Part shown: positions 1-10,703 of the stretch, piece after piece
Layout of the letters: each line of letters starts with the position of its first letter
How positions within the stretch are numbered: the first letter of the stretch is position 1
Assembly: GCA_039182865.1 (NCBI GenBank)
Contig: JBCDBX010000003.1
Coordinates: 1,343-65,342, forward strand
Length of the DNA: 64,000 bases
Origin: Pseudomonadota bacterium
GTDB lineage: Bacteria; Pseudomonadota; Gammaproteobacteria; UBA4575
Direction: 5' to 3'
Program-made: the position numbers and the translations under genes
Notes under the pieces: generated by a model
Database searches by the model: none
What the model was told of the DNA's origin: nothing
Seen by the model: the letters and a program-made list of their open reading frames with translations, nothing else

Positions 1-240
1 ATTGGTGTAGCACAACCTACCTCTGTCTCAATCGATACATTTGGCACAGGGAAAATTAGTGATCGTGAAATTGAAGAGTTAGTTCTGCAGCACTTTGACT
101 TACGCCCTTATGGAATTCTTAGTATGCTCAATTTAAAGCGCCCAATCTATAAGGCTTCTGCCAGCTACGGACACTTCGGTCGAGATGAGAAAGAATTTAG
201 TTGGGAAGCAACAGATAAAGTTGATCAGTTACGTTCATAA
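1..240 (+). CDS. metK: S-adenosylmethionine synthetase, C-terminal fragment (5' end lies outside the window)
   Basis: Frame-1 translation [18 protein letters not shown]...DLRPYGI...ASYGHFGR...SWE matches the conserved MetK C-terminus; stop TAA at 238-240. metK directly upstream of ahcY is a common arrangement. Confidence 0.75.
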   Translation: MGVAQPTSVSIDTFGTGKISDREIEELVLQHFDLRPYGILSMLNLKRPIYKASASYGHFGRDEKEFSWEATDKVDQLRS

Positions 241-270
241 ATACATATACATTACTTAGGAGCACATTAA

Positions 271-1584
271 ATGAGTATCCAAGCAGCAGAAAAAGCGACA
301 GAAGATTATAAAGTTGCAGATATCAGCTTAGCCGATTGGGGACGCAAAGAAATTGCGATTGCCGAGACTGAAATGCCAGGTTTAATGGCTTTGCGTAAAA
401 AATATGATGGCCAAAAACCATTGCAAGGAGCGCGCATTACCGGTTGTTTACATATGACGATTCAAACAGCCGTTCTCATTGAGACGCTTACAGCGCTTGG
501 CGCTGAAGTGCGTTGGTCTTCCTGTAACATTTTTTCAACGCAAGATCATGCTGCTGCGGCAATTGCGGCTCGTGGTGTTCCAGTATTTGCATGGAAAGGT
601 GAAACCGAAGAAGAATATGATTGGTGCATCGAACAAACTATTACCGGGCCCAATAATTGGGCACCAAATATCTTGCTTGATGATGGCGGTGACTTAACTA
701 AAGTCATGCATGAAAATTATCCCGAGATGCTCAAAGATGTTAAAGGTGTCTCAGAAGAGACCACTACAGGTGTTAAGCGTCTTTATGACATGATGGAAAG
801 TGGCGATTTACTAATTCCTGCTATCAATGTCAATGACTCTGTAACCAAATCTAAATTTGATAATTTATACGGCTGTCGTGAATCTTTAGTTGACGGTATC
901 AAACGCGCAACAGATGTGATGGTTGCAGGCAAGATTGCGCTAGTCTGTGGATATGGTGATGTCGGCAAAGGAAGCGCACAGTCATTACGTGGATTAGGTG
1001 CAACTGTCTGGATTACAGAGATTGACCCAATCTGTGCATTGCAGGCCGCAATGGAAGGTTATCGAGTTGTCACCACAGAAGAAGCATGTTCACAAGCAGA
1101 CATATTTGTGACGGCAACAGGTAATTACAATGTCATAAATCATGACCACATGGCCGCAATGAAAGACCAAGCTATAGTTTGTAACATTGGTCACTTTGAT
1201 AATGAGATCGATGTTGCGAGTTTAGAAAACTACCAATGGGAAGAAATAAAGCCGCAAGTTGACCATGTTATTTTCCCTGATGGTAAGCGCATTATCCTGC
1301 TTGCTAAAGGTCGTCTAGTAAACTTAGGTTGTGCAACAGGGCATCCTAGTTTTGTTATGTCGAATTCTTTCACCAACCAAGTACTCGCCCAATTAGATTT
1401 GTGGAATGCAGAAGGTCAGTATGAAAATAAAGTTTATGTGTTACCTAAGAATCTAGATGAAGAAGTGGCGAGACTACACCTTGGCCAAATTGGCGCGAAC
1501 CTCACGACTCTAACAGATGAACAAGCTAAATATATCGGTGTAGGTGTCGGCGGTCCTTACAAACCAGATCATTATCGTTACTAG
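271..1584 (+). CDS. ahcY: S-adenosyl-L-homocysteine hydrolase (adenosylhomocysteinase)
   Basis: 437-aa ORF with the AhcY hallmark NAD-binding region ([40 protein letters not shown]) and a C-terminal KPDHYRY. The length is that of the long bacterial form. Confidence 0.9.
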   Translation: MSIQAAEKATEDYKVADISLADWGRKEIAIAETEMPGLMALRKKYDGQKPLQGARITGCLHMTIQTAVLIETLTALGAEVRWSSCNIFSTQDHAAAAIAARGVPVFAWKGETEEEYDWCIEQTITGPNNWAPNILLDDGGDLTKVMHENYPEMLKDVKGVSEETTTGVKRLYDMMESGDLLIPAINVNDSVTKSKFDNLYGCRESLVDGIKRATDVMVAGKIALVCGYGDVGKGSAQSLRGLGATVWITEIDPICALQAAMEGYRVVTTEEACSQADIFVTATGNYNVINHDHMAAMKDQAIVCNIGHFDNEIDVASLENYQWEEIKPQVDHVIFPDGKRIILLAKGRLVNLGCATGHPSFVMSNSFTNQVLAQLDLWNAEGQYENKVYVLPKNLDEEVARLHLGQIGANLTTLTDEQAKYIGVGVGGPYKPDHYRY

Positions 1585-1597
1585 AAGTATCACACTT

Positions 1598-1640
1598 GAT
1601 TAGGCTCAATTATTTTTTGAGCCTAATCAGCTCCTTTTTA
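1598..1640 (+). terminator. Putative intrinsic terminator / stem-loop after ahcY
   Basis: Inverted repeat GATTAGGCTCA(1598-1608) / TGAGCCTAATC(1618-1628) with a T-rich loop, followed by CTCCTTTTTA. It lies immediately 3' of the ahcY stop (1582-1584). Confidence 0.4.
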
Positions 1641-2377
1641 TGCGAATTCCCAGAATTTATACTCAAGCGAATTTGCATCATAATCAAAGCACTATAGTCA
1701 AAGCTCAAGCGCATAAACATATTAAAGATGTATTGCGCTTAAAAGTAAGCGATTCTATTATTTTATTTGACGGTAGTGGTTATGATTATCGCGGTAAAAT
1801 TACCGAGATAAATAAAGAATCTTTAAGCGTACTGTTAGAACAACAAATAAAAATAGAAAATGAGTCACCTCTAAAAATTCATTTACTACAGCCTCTTTGC
1901 CGCTCAGAAAAAATGGATTGGTGTATCCAAAAAGCTGTTGAACTAGGTGTTAGTAGGATTACACCCTACACTAGCTCGCGAACCAATATAAATATTCCAA
2001 ATAATCGCTTAAGCAAAAAATTAGAGCACTGGCACTCTGTTATTCAAAGTGCATGCGAGCAGAGCGGTCGAGCACTTTTACCTTCTCTTGAATCACCTAT
2101 TGATTTCAATACTGCTATTAATGAATTCTCTAGCGACTATCTAAAAGTCATTGCTTCACCTATAGCAAATCAAAATGAGATTAATTTAGTTGAAACCACA
2201 CCAGAGGAGTGTGTACTGGCTATTGGACCTGAAGGTGGATTTTCAGATCAAGAACTTAAACATGCAAGCAATGCAGAATTTATCGACTGCTTATTAGGCC
2301 CGAGAGTTCTACGTTTAGAAACAGCAGTAATTGCTGCACTTACCCTACTTCAAATAAAGCTAGGAGACTTGAATTAA
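1640..2377 (+). CDS. rsmE: 16S rRNA (uracil1498-N3)-methyltransferase, RsmE family
   Basis: 245 aa. The N-terminal MRIPRIY.. motif and C-terminal GPEGGFS..E motif are typical of RsmE/SPOUT methyltransferases. Confidence 0.7.
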   Translation: MRIPRIYTQANLHHNQSTIVKAQAHKHIKDVLRLKVSDSIILFDGSGYDYRGKITEINKESLSVLLEQQIKIENESPLKIHLLQPLCRSEKMDWCIQKAVELGVSRITPYTSSRTNINIPNNRLSKKLEHWHSVIQSACEQSGRALLPSLESPIDFNTAINEFSSDYLKVIASPIANQNEINLVETTPEECVLAIGPEGGFSDQELKHASNAEFIDCLLGPRVLRLETAVIAALTLLQIKLGDLN

Positions 2378-2871
2378 GCAGTATGGCTAATAAGTTCTTG
2401 CTCATCCCAGATAGCATTTTCTAATTGATTAAAATCAAGAATATCTAACACACGAGAACCAATAGAAATAGAGTAATTTACCCAGTCCTGATCCTGCTCA
2501 ACCGCCAAATTATTGAGTGATTGCTCACCTAAAATAAGTGGCCTTGGAAACCCATCACAACGTACTGCATAAAATTGATTTTCCGAGTTTTGTTGTAAAG
2601 ATTTAATGATTGCAACTTTGGGTTTATACATTTCATTACTTTGAGCTTCACCTTGTATCAAAGTATCAATACATACAAGAGGCACTTGATTCTCTTGCCA
2701 TAAATAAAGACCAATTTTCCATGCCTTGGGGTTGTTTCTTGCAGGCAAATATAGTTCTTCATCCCAAGAAAGAATATCGACTACCATGACTTTAGGAACG
2801 AGTATTTCTTTATTGAATAAGCTAATCAATAAAACGCTCACGCTCACTTCTTGTGCTTGATTAGAATCCAT
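2374..2871 (-). CDS. CheW-like coupling protein of the Chp cluster (ChpC-like)
   Basis: 165-aa protein with a CheW-like beta-rich pattern. It sits directly downstream of chpA on the same strand and overlaps the rsmE stop by 4 nt. Confidence 0.55.
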   Translation of the reverse strand: MDSNQAQEVSVSVLLISLFNKEILVPKVMVVDILSWDEELYLPARNNPKAWKIGLYLWQENQVPLVCIDTLIQGEAQSNEMYKPKVAIIKSLQQNSENQFYAVRCDGFPRPLILGEQSLNNLAVEQDQDWVNYSISIGSRVLDILDFNQLENAIWDEQELISHTA

Positions 2872-2883
2872 ACTTAATATTTA

Positions 2884-5800
2884 TCACATTGCATTGATAC
2901 GATCGAGCAACTGAGACTCATTATATGGTTTACCTAAATATCCATTGACACCGATATCTAATGCGCGATTACGATGTTTATTCCCAGTGCGTGACGTTAT
3001 CATCACTATAGGTACTTCAGACAATCTCTCATCTTTACGAATTTGCGTGGCTAACTCATAGCCATCCATACGTGGCATTTCAATATCTAACAACACAACT
3101 TTAGGAATAAAATTTTGTAGCTTTTGCAAAGCATCAACGCCATCCTTCGCAGTTACTACTTTAAAATTATTTCGTTCCAAGAATCTTGTAGTTACTTTTC
3201 TAATAGTAATTGAATCGTCAACCACCATAATGGTTGGCTCCTCATTACTCTGTCTTGAATCGGATAATGTCAAATTATTCTTGGATTGCACCTGTGTTAG
3301 TCGTGCTATCCAAGACATATCGATAATTAAGGCGACTTTTCCATCACCCATTACGGTTGCACCAGATACGCCCTGTGCATTTATTAAATGTGAAGCTAGC
3401 GGTTTAACAACAATCTCTTTATTACCAAGTGATGTATCAACTTGTAATGCTAATTGCTGTTCGCCCAGGCGTACTAATATTACCGGATAAGTTGAGATAG
3501 TATTGTCCAAGTAAACCTCGCCACCCTGCAACAAGCTTGCAAGATTGTGTAATTTATAATCTTGGCCTGCATAGACATAGCTTGCTTGTTCATTTGAATA
3601 AATTTCTTTTAATTCATTTGTAGGAATTTGTACGACACCCTCAATTCCAGAGAGTGTTAACGCATATGTTTCTTTAGCTGCCTTCACGAGCAAGACCTGA
3701 CTTACCGCTAAAGTGAAAGGTAGGTGTAAAATAAACTTCGCCCCTTTACCCTTATTAGACTGAATTTCTACATTCCCTCCCAAATGTCGCACATCTTTAT
3801 CAACGACATCCATACCAACTCCACGACCAGCCACTTTTGTCACTTTATCAGCTGTACTTAAGCCCGATTTGAATATTAGTTGTAAAATCTGACCTTCAGT
3901 TAATTCTTCATTCTTTTTAATTAAGTCATTTTCAACGGCTTTAGCTCTAATCTTATCTACATCAATGCCAGAGCCATCGTCTTCGATCACTAATTTAATT
4001 TCTGAGCCTTCACGACCAATTTGGATAACAATTTTGCCTTGTTCTGGTTTGTCACTTTGTTTTCTAATTTGTGGGGATTCAATTCCGTGACCAATACTGT
4101 TTCTCAAAATATGTTCAATTGAACTTAAAATGCCATTTAACACACGACGGTCTATTTCTATCTCTCCACCCTCGATTACCAATTCGACATTCTTGCTCAA
4201 TTCACTTGATGTTTGTCGCACAATTCTTTGCAGTCTCTGCTCAATAGTATTGAACTTGACCATACGAATTCTTAATAAATTATCTTGCAGATGGCTAGTA
4301 AGGACTTTCTGTCTGATTAGCACATCCTCACCTTCTTGCATTTGATTTAAAAAAGTATCTTTAATGTTCTGCAAATCATCCATACTCTCCGCTAAAGATC
4401 TAGATAGCTGTTGAATATTTGAGTATCGATCCATCTCTAGGGGATCAAATTCGGGTGTGTTTTGCTGTTCTTCTGAATGCTTAAATAAAATTTGCGCCTC
4501 AGTTTCCATTTCTAATTCACGCAGGCGCTCTCGTATACGGCCAATTGTTTGCTCAAACTCTGACGCATTTTGATTAAATGATTCAAATAACTGATCAAGA
4601 TGAGAGCGCTGGATACTTACTTCACCAGCATCATTCACTAATCCATCTAATACTTCTGCTTGAACACGAACAACTTCGCGCCTTGCCTTGTTTGTTATTT
4701 TATCTTCAGCTTTAAACTCAATAAGATTTTCACGCTCAGTTTCAGATGATGTCGTGTGCTTAGATACCTCATCATCATTGGCCAGGTTCGAAATTTCAAT
4801 TTCAACTGGAGGTACTGCATTTACTTCAAATTCGCTTTGTTTGGCAGTATTGTTTTCTACAAGCTTATTACTAACTTTTTCCTTATCAATGGTCTTCGAA
4901 ATAACTTCGTCATACTTGTTATCGCTAACTAGCAGAATCTTATTCACTAGAGCATCATCAAGAAATATATTCTGGCCTTTATGAGCTGCATCGATATTAG
5001 TATGAATGTTATCGATAACGTTCTGTAATATTGATAATGTCAAATCATTAAGCGCGACTTTGTTATCTACCATTGAGACTAATAGATTTTCTGATATATG
5101 ACTTAATTCACCAATGGTGAAGTAACCAGCCATTCTCGAACTACCCTTCAAAGTATGGAATTGTCTACGCAATTCAGACAAGGCTTCAATGTTTTGGTTA
5201 TTGCTCTTGAGTTTTTGAATCGCCGATTGGCATGAGCTCAGAGCATCTTCGGCTTCCTCAAAGAATATTTCACTCAGCTCCTGATCTACACTTGAATGAA
5301 CATCAACCATAGAAGGCTTTGAAATTTCATCATTCAGATTATCAGATTGCTTTTCATTGTCTGCCAAGTTTTCTAGTAGCTCTTTATTAAGCTTATCTAA
5401 AGAATCTAGAAGACTTTCATCTGGTTCACTTAGCGGAACAATATTTTCTAGTTTCTGCAAATCATCCTTCAACTGCTTGACAGTCTCTCGAATGAATTTT
5501 TCCTGATTGACTTCCAAGGCTACTTGATTTTTGACTACTGTAGAAACGACATTCTCTAAACCTCGACATAAATCTGAAACTTGTGTCACACCTGCCGTTT
5601 GTGCACTACCTGCTATCGTATGAAGTGTTCTTAACAAGTCCTGCTCAATCAAAGTATCAAATGAAATATTTTTTCCTTGATTAATGGCTTCTTGCATCAC
5701 CAAAACATGTTGTCCTGCTTCTTTAGCAAAGATACTGGTTAGTTCATCTTGCAAGGTATCTAGTGATTCTTCTTGAAGGTCAAGGTTAGCCGCATCTGAC

Positions 5801-8193
5801 TGTTGTTGTTCTATAATGTTATGACTAGTCTGTTGCACTTGATCAATTAGCTTATCAAGCTCAAATTCATAATCAGTAAAAGGGTTCTTGAGTTGTTTTA
5901 TTAATTTATAACCTGTTTTAATACCTTGCTGAATTATTAACTGTGTGTTTTTAGAAATAGGATCTTTTGTACCTAAACACTTATTACATAAGTTTTCGTA
6001 CTCCCAGGAGAATTCTGCAAGAATTTCCGCTCCCACAAGTCGTCCACTACCTTTGAGCGTATGGAACCCTCTACGCATATTAGTAAAGCTTTCCCAGTCG
6101 TCTTGGTTCATTCTCCAAGTTTGCCAATTCTTCTTCATCGAATGAATTGCTTCTTCTGCTTCTTCAATAAATGTCTGAACTAACGCCGATTCTGCATTTT
6201 CAGAGAGCATTACCAATTCTTTATCACTATCCTTATTTTGTGAAGATTCTTGGATACAAACTTCAACATGATTGTCTATCGACTCTATTTCACCACTATG
6301 CTTAACATCTACATTAATATCTGGTAATGAATCGATATCTTTCGTCAACTGGTCCATGCTGTATTCTTCATCCACCGAGAATTCTGCATGCGATGAACGT
6401 ACATCACTAGTTTCTTCCATCAGTGAACTACTGAAATCAATATCCACCTGAGAGTCCTTTTCACCTTGAGTAATAGGTTCTTGAAGAATCTCTTCACTGA
6501 CCTTATCTAATGCTTGCAAAGCAAAACTACCATATTCCAATATCTGGTTAGCATAAGGTACCTGGTCATGGATCTGTTCAAAGTAACATTGTAATGAAAC
6601 GACACAATCTGCAAGATTGCTAATGCGCCCATTGTTTTGTTTGATATCATCCTGGAATTGTTTTGATAACAGGTAATTCTCAATCCCTTTAAGCAATTGG
6701 CTTGGTATAGAATTTTCCGTGATATCTAATACGCCCGATATTTCTTTTATATTGTGAATTACTAAGTTGTACTGATTATCATCAAAAGAAACCTTGATCA
6801 TTTCAGAGAGCAATTCTTTTACTTGCTCTAGTTTTAGCAATATCTCACTCAGTGCAATTTTATAAGCGACTTCATGTTCACTTGAGACTGATTCTATATT
6901 CGAAGACGTTTGCAATTTATTAGAATCACTAAAATTGATCCTATATTCGATAAAGTTATTAATACATGTTTCTATTTCCAAAACAACTTCTGATATACCA
7001 AGTAATCCTAGGTCTATATCTTCATGCTGGCCTTGTAATATTAGGCTTGCTTCTTGTATTTGACTCTCGACCTTAGTGGTATACTCATCAATACCTATCA
7101 TCGCTAAAGTATCACTAATTTTTTTCAATCCAGAGAACAATTTTTCAATATACTGAGCTTCACTCTTATTGCTATGCAAATAGAGCTCGATACAATCTTT
7201 TGCTGCTGCTATATCTTCTATTAAAGCTTTAGAGACAGTAATTAATACTTCGCCAGAAGGGGCACTGATCAGCCTGTCTAAATCATCTAATTCATTTTGC
7301 TGTGGAACTTGCTCATTTAATGCAAAGGCTTCTTTAACCTGATTGACAATTCGACCTCGACTATCGGAGATTGCAACATAATATAGAATATTTCTTACCA
7401 AGCTTTCATCTATTTGATTGATGAAATTTTTCTCGCCATACTCAACTAACGTTTTAATCTGCTTATCTAGCGCACTGAATAATGATGCTATGCTTGCATT
7501 AAATTCTACTGCATTAATAGCTACAGCTTGTGCTAGCGCACTCCCAAGCCACCAAATCTTTTGTGCCTCTTGAGTATCACTGGCTCGTTGTAGCCTTATC
7601 AATAATTTGCATAGCTGTGCGGCTGGTGTAGATATATCTTTTTCGTTAACACATGCTAGCAATGTTTTTTGATAGTTAGAGCGAATAATACTTACCCAAA
7701 CACTGGTGGCTTCTTCTTTTTTATTGGATATAATCTCTGGCGATGGAACACCATCGATGTTTGGAAAGAATAGAACACTCTCCGAAATTAGCACATCTCC
7801 TCTTGATGCGCGCAGATCATTGAGTAATGGCATTAAAACTAGAGGAATATCTTTATGTCCTGCTTCAACATATTCCAAATAGCCATCGAGTCTTACTATA
7901 GCGCTTGAAATAACATCTTGAGCCTCTTCTAGAAGATCGATTTTACCCTCAAGCAAACTCTCTATGACTTTAATAATTTCATTACATAGCAAAACACCGC
8001 CATGTATTTGCATAATAAGCAATGTATTAGACGTCTGCCTTAATACTCTCACTGCCTTTTTGAGATTTAATAAACTAGCATTATCTTCAATATAAATTTG
8101 AATATTTTCGCGTGCTTCTGTGATTAGCGCATCGACTTCAACTTTTGAAGCGATGACCGCACGTTGTTCAAGAGCTTGTAGGACTCGACGCAT
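2884..8193 (-). CDS. chpA: ChpA-like hybrid histidine kinase (CheA homolog with multiple Hpt domains, CheW domain and C-terminal receiver)
   Basis: 1769 aa with at least three Hpt-like motifs (FHTLKGSGRLVGA, FHTLKGSSRMAGY, LHTIAGSAQTAGV). It has CheA HATPase_c motifs (GHGIE..., DDGSGID, GRGVGMDVV) and a CheW-like region. The C-terminal REC domain (MVVDDSITIRK...LLDIEMPRMDG...GKP) is present. It sits immediately downstream of pilJ, as in the Pseudomonas pilGHIJ-chpA locus. Confidence 0.85.
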   Translation of the reverse strand: MRRVLQALEQRAVIASKVEVDALITEARENIQIYIEDNASLLNLKKAVRVLRQTSNTLLIMQIHGGVLLCNEIIKVIESLLEGKIDLLEEAQDVISSAIVRLDGYLEYVEAGHKDIPLVLMPLLNDLRASRGDVLISESVLFFPNIDGVPSPEIISNKKEEATSVWVSIIRSNYQKTLLACVNEKDISTPAAQLCKLLIRLQRASDTQEAQKIWWLGSALAQAVAINAVEFNASIASLFSALDKQIKTLVEYGEKNFINQIDESLVRNILYYVAISDSRGRIVNQVKEAFALNEQVPQQNELDDLDRLISAPSGEVLITVSKALIEDIAAAKDCIELYLHSNKSEAQYIEKLFSGLKKISDTLAMIGIDEYTTKVESQIQEASLILQGQHEDIDLGLLGISEVVLEIETCINNFIEYRINFSDSNKLQTSSNIESVSSEHEVAYKIALSEILLKLEQVKELLSEMIKVSFDDNQYNLVIHNIKEISGVLDITENSIPSQLLKGIENYLLSKQFQDDIKQNNGRISNLADCVVSLQCYFEQIHDQVPYANQILEYGSFALQALDKVSEEILQEPITQGEKDSQVDIDFSSSLMEETSDVRSSHAEFSVDEEYSMDQLTKDIDSLPDINVDVKHSGEIESIDNHVEVCIQESSQNKDSDKELVMLSENAESALVQTFIEEAEEAIHSMKKNWQTWRMNQDDWESFTNMRRGFHTLKGSGRLVGAEILAEFSWEYENLCNKCLGTKDPISKNTQLIIQQGIKTGYKLIKQLKNPFTDYEFELDKLIDQVQQTSHNIIEQQQSDAANLDLQEESLDTLQDELTSIFAKEAGQHVLVMQEAINQGKNISFDTLIEQDLLRTLHTIAGSAQTAGVTQVSDLCRGLENVVSTVVKNQVALEVNQEKFIRETVKQLKDDLQKLENIVPLSEPDESLLDSLDKLNKELLENLADNEKQSDNLNDEISKPSMVDVHSSVDQELSEIFFEEAEDALSSCQSAIQKLKSNNQNIEALSELRRQFHTLKGSSRMAGYFTIGELSHISENLLVSMVDNKVALNDLTLSILQNVIDNIHTNIDAAHKGQNIFLDDALVNKILLVSDNKYDEVISKTIDKEKVSNKLVENNTAKQSEFEVNAVPPVEIEISNLANDDEVSKHTTSSETERENLIEFKAEDKITNKARREVVRVQAEVLDGLVNDAGEVSIQRSHLDQLFESFNQNASEFEQTIGRIRERLRELEMETEAQILFKHSEEQQNTPEFDPLEMDRYSNIQQLSRSLAESMDDLQNIKDTFLNQMQEGEDVLIRQKVLTSHLQDNLLRIRMVKFNTIEQRLQRIVRQTSSELSKNVELVIEGGEIEIDRRVLNGILSSIEHILRNSIGHGIESPQIRKQSDKPEQGKIVIQIGREGSEIKLVIEDDGSGIDVDKIRAKAVENDLIKKNEELTEGQILQLIFKSGLSTADKVTKVAGRGVGMDVVDKDVRHLGGNVEIQSNKGKGAKFILHLPFTLAVSQVLLVKAAKETYALTLSGIEGVVQIPTNELKEIYSNEQASYVYAGQDYKLHNLASLLQGGEVYLDNTISTYPVILVRLGEQQLALQVDTSLGNKEIVVKPLASHLINAQGVSGATVMGDGKVALIIDMSWIARLTQVQSKNNLTLSDSRQSNEEPTIMVVDDSITIRKVTTRFLERNNFKVVTAKDGVDALQKLQNFIPKVVLLDIEMPRMDGYELATQIRKDERLSEVPIVMITSRTGNKHRNRALDIGVNGYLGKPYNESQLLDRINAM

Positions 8194-8232
8194 AATTATT
8201 TCCAGTTATTACAATAATTCACGCATTCTTAC

Positions 8233-9555
8233 TTAAGAGGCCATTTGATGTTCGATTGATTCTACCTCTTCAATCGTCTGCTCATGGCTTGGAAGTTTGA
8301 ATCCTGACACGGATTTTTTAAGGCCATGAGATAAAACAGTTAATTCACTTACTGAACTAGCAGTCTTACTCGCACTATCTGATGATTGAGCAGTGATATC
8401 TTGAATAACATTCATTGTGGAGGTTATATTTGATGCTGCACTAGATTGTCGTGAAGAAGCCGTTGATATATTTTGAATCAATCCACTTAAATTGACAGAT
8501 ACTGATTCAATTTCCGAAAGTGCTTCACCTGCATCTTCTGCCAGTTTTGCTCCATTGACAACATTAGTTGTACTTTGCTCCATAGACGAAACCGCTTCAT
8601 TAATATCACTTTGAATTGTTTTAACTAATGCTTCAATTTGTTTGGTCGCATTACCCGCTCTCTCAGCAAGTCTCTGGACTTCATCAGCGACAACTGCAAA
8701 ACCACGACCCGCTTCACCAGCACTTGATGCTTGAATAGCTGCATTTAATGCAAGGATGTTTGTTTGATCTGCAATTTCATCAATTAGTCCAACGATATTC
8801 CCAATTTCCTGAGAACTTTCTCCTAGTCGTTTAATTCGTTTAGAGGTTTCTTGTATTTGTTCTCTAATATTATCCATACCATCGATAGTACGACTTACAG
8901 TTTGAGCACCTTTATGAGCAATATCTACCGACTTTTGAGCGACCTCTGCGGAGGTGTTAGCATTCTTAGAAACATGCTGAACCGATGATGCCATTTCATT
9001 TATAGCAGAGGTGACATTAGCAATTTCACGTGATTGTGACTCACTAGAATTAGTTAATTGACGAGTAATTTCCTGAGTCTGCACAGCAGCCTGGGATACT
9101 TTAACAGCAGTTTTATTGATAGTTGTAACTAGATTACGTAAAGCGTCAATTGAGAAGTTGACTGAATCTGCAATTGCACCTGTGATGTCTTCAGTCACAG
9201 TAGTATGTACAGTCAAATCACCTTCAGCTAGGTTTGTCATCTCGTCTAAGAGTAACAAAATTGCTTGTTGGTTTCTTTTATTTTGCTCATCAATAGCAAG
9301 TAGTTGTTTTTTTACTTTTTCACTCCAGCGTCTACTAAAAACGTAAAACGCTGTGATTGATAACACTCCAACTCCAAGCGCTACAGCAACAATCATATTT
9401 AATTGTTCAGGATTAAATAAAGAAGGCATCCATACTGCTGCTGATACTAGGCTTAACGAAATAACAACACCTGCAGATAGGCACAGCATGATGGTTATCG
9501 CAGCGCGATCTTTATCTCCAATTGTATTGCGTGGAATAATTTTTGGTACTGCCAT
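8233..9555 (-). CDS. pilJ: Methyl-accepting chemotaxis protein of the Pil-Chp system, short form without a periplasmic ligand-binding domain
   Basis: 440 aa with two closely spaced N-terminal TM helices, then a HAMP region and the MCP signalling domain ([34 protein letters not shown]). It sits between pilI and chpA. Confidence 0.8.
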   Translation of the reverse strand: MAVPKIIPRNTIGDKDRAAITIMLCLSAGVVISLSLVSAAVWMPSLFNPEQLNMIVAVALGVGVLSITAFYVFSRRWSEKVKKQLLAIDEQNKRNQQAILLLLDEMTNLAEGDLTVHTTVTEDITGAIADSVNFSIDALRNLVTTINKTAVKVSQAAVQTQEITRQLTNSSESQSREIANVTSAINEMASSVQHVSKNANTSAEVAQKSVDIAHKGAQTVSRTIDGMDNIREQIQETSKRIKRLGESSQEIGNIVGLIDEIADQTNILALNAAIQASSAGEAGRGFAVVADEVQRLAERAGNATKQIEALVKTIQSDINEAVSSMEQSTTNVVNGAKLAEDAGEALSEIESVSVNLSGLIQNISTASSRQSSAASNITSTMNVIQDITAQSSDSASKTASSVSELTVLSHGLKKSVSGFKLPSHEQTIEEVESIEHQMAS

Positions 9556-9764
9556 CCTTAACCTCCAAAACCACTTTTAAATAGGCGGGCTCTCTTTGCT
9601 TCAAATATCCATTTGCTAAACATGCTAACCCATAGAATTTACTTACTTTTTTACAATAACTTTGTACTGTCTATTTTCACCTGAAGCGTAAAAAGACGTG
9701 AAGCCTCTCATCACTTGATCTAAGGCTTTGATCGGTTTGGGTAGAAAAATGTCATTAATGCAAA

Positions 9765-10301
9765 CTAATTCAGAGTTTTCTGAGCGTCATAAATACTTTT
9801 GTCTTGAAGAATTGCATGGATATCACATATGCCATAGTAAGTGTCATTTAGGTAATAAACTCCTGTCATAAACTCAGTAACCGCACTATCCCAATGCGCA
9901 GGATAACTATTCCTTTTCTCATGCTCACTTATATTTAAAATACCCATCACCTGATCGACAACCACCCCTAAATATAAGGACCGATTTTTATTGGTGATTA
10001 CACGATGATTACTTAACCTTTTTACTGGATCAGAATTAAAAAGAAAGTTTTTCAAATCAACCAAGGTTAATAGCTCACCACGATGACTAGCAACACCAAC
10101 TAACCAAGGACGAGAAATTGGTACTGAGGCATAATCAATTGTCATTAGCACTTCTGTTGAATTATCTAACGGCAAAAGAAAGTCATACTGGCCCACCTTA
10201 AAGTGTAATGTTTGAATTGATTGGCTAGCTTCAGATAATGGTGCACTAGGGTTGGATGTAAATTTTTGATCTAGCTCTTGTAAATAATTAAATGCAGACA
10301 T
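9765..10301 (-). CDS. pilI: CheW-like coupling protein
   Basis: 178-aa CheW-family protein located between pilH and pilJ. Confidence 0.7.
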   Translation of the reverse strand: MSAFNYLQELDQKFTSNPSAPLSEASQSIQTLHFKVGQYDFLLPLDNSTEVLMTIDYASVPISRPWLVGVASHRGELLTLVDLKNFLFNSDPVKRLSNHRVITNKNRSLYLGVVVDQVMGILNISEHEKRNSYPAHWDSAVTEFMTGVYYLNDTYYGICDIHAILQDKSIYDAQKTLN

Positions 10302-10312
10302 AGTTAATCAGA

Positions 10313-10678
10313 CTAGCAAACTATGAAGTTTTTAATTGACTCTAATAAACGCTTTCCATTTACAGGTTTAGTGATATAAGCCTTAGCACCTTGCCTACTC
10401 GCCCATACTTGATCGGTTTTTTCGCTTTTTTGACTGACCATTACTACTGGTATTGCCGAAGTCTCTGGCGTTCTGGACAGTGAACGCGTTGCTTGAAATC
10501 CATTCATGCCAGGCATGACTACATCCATAAGAATAAGATCTGGCTTGTTGGATTTAGCCATCTCTATCCCTTGCTCACCACTTTCAGCCAGACTTATGTC
10601 ATAGCCCACACCCACTAATAAGCTTTTCAAAAAGTGTCGCTCGGTTGGTGAATCATCAATGATTAATATATGTGCCAT
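10313..10678 (-). CDS. pilH: Twitching-motility response regulator (CheY-like receiver)
   Basis: Receiver domain beginning MAHILIIDDSPTERHFL with LILMDVVMPGMNG, and GAKAYITKP containing the conserved receiver Lys. Start trimmed to the ATG at 10678, which removes the overlap with pilG. The longer ORF (to 10741) has an implausible N-terminal extension. Confidence 0.8.
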   Translation of the reverse strand: MAHILIIDDSPTERHFLKSLLVGVGYDISLAESGEQGIEMAKSNKPDLILMDVVMPGMNGFQATRSLSRTPETSAIPVVMVSQKSEKTDQVWASRQGAKAYITKPVNGKRLLESIKNFIVC

Positions 10679-10703
10679 ATACTTTCCTGCTAAATTCTTT
10701 ATT

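Noticed and set aside
3230-6145. Plus-strand ORFs inside chpA (3230-3490, 4130-4345, 4688-4984, 5945-6145).
   Set aside because: They lie antisense to a strongly supported 1769-aa chpA. Their translations are low-complexity and Ser/Leu/Cys-rich, typical of the reverse strand of an AT-rich gene.
9116-9580. Plus-strand ORFs 9116-9346 and 9353-9580 within and at the start of pilJ.
   Set aside because: Antisense to the MCP signalling domain. No motif or RBS support.
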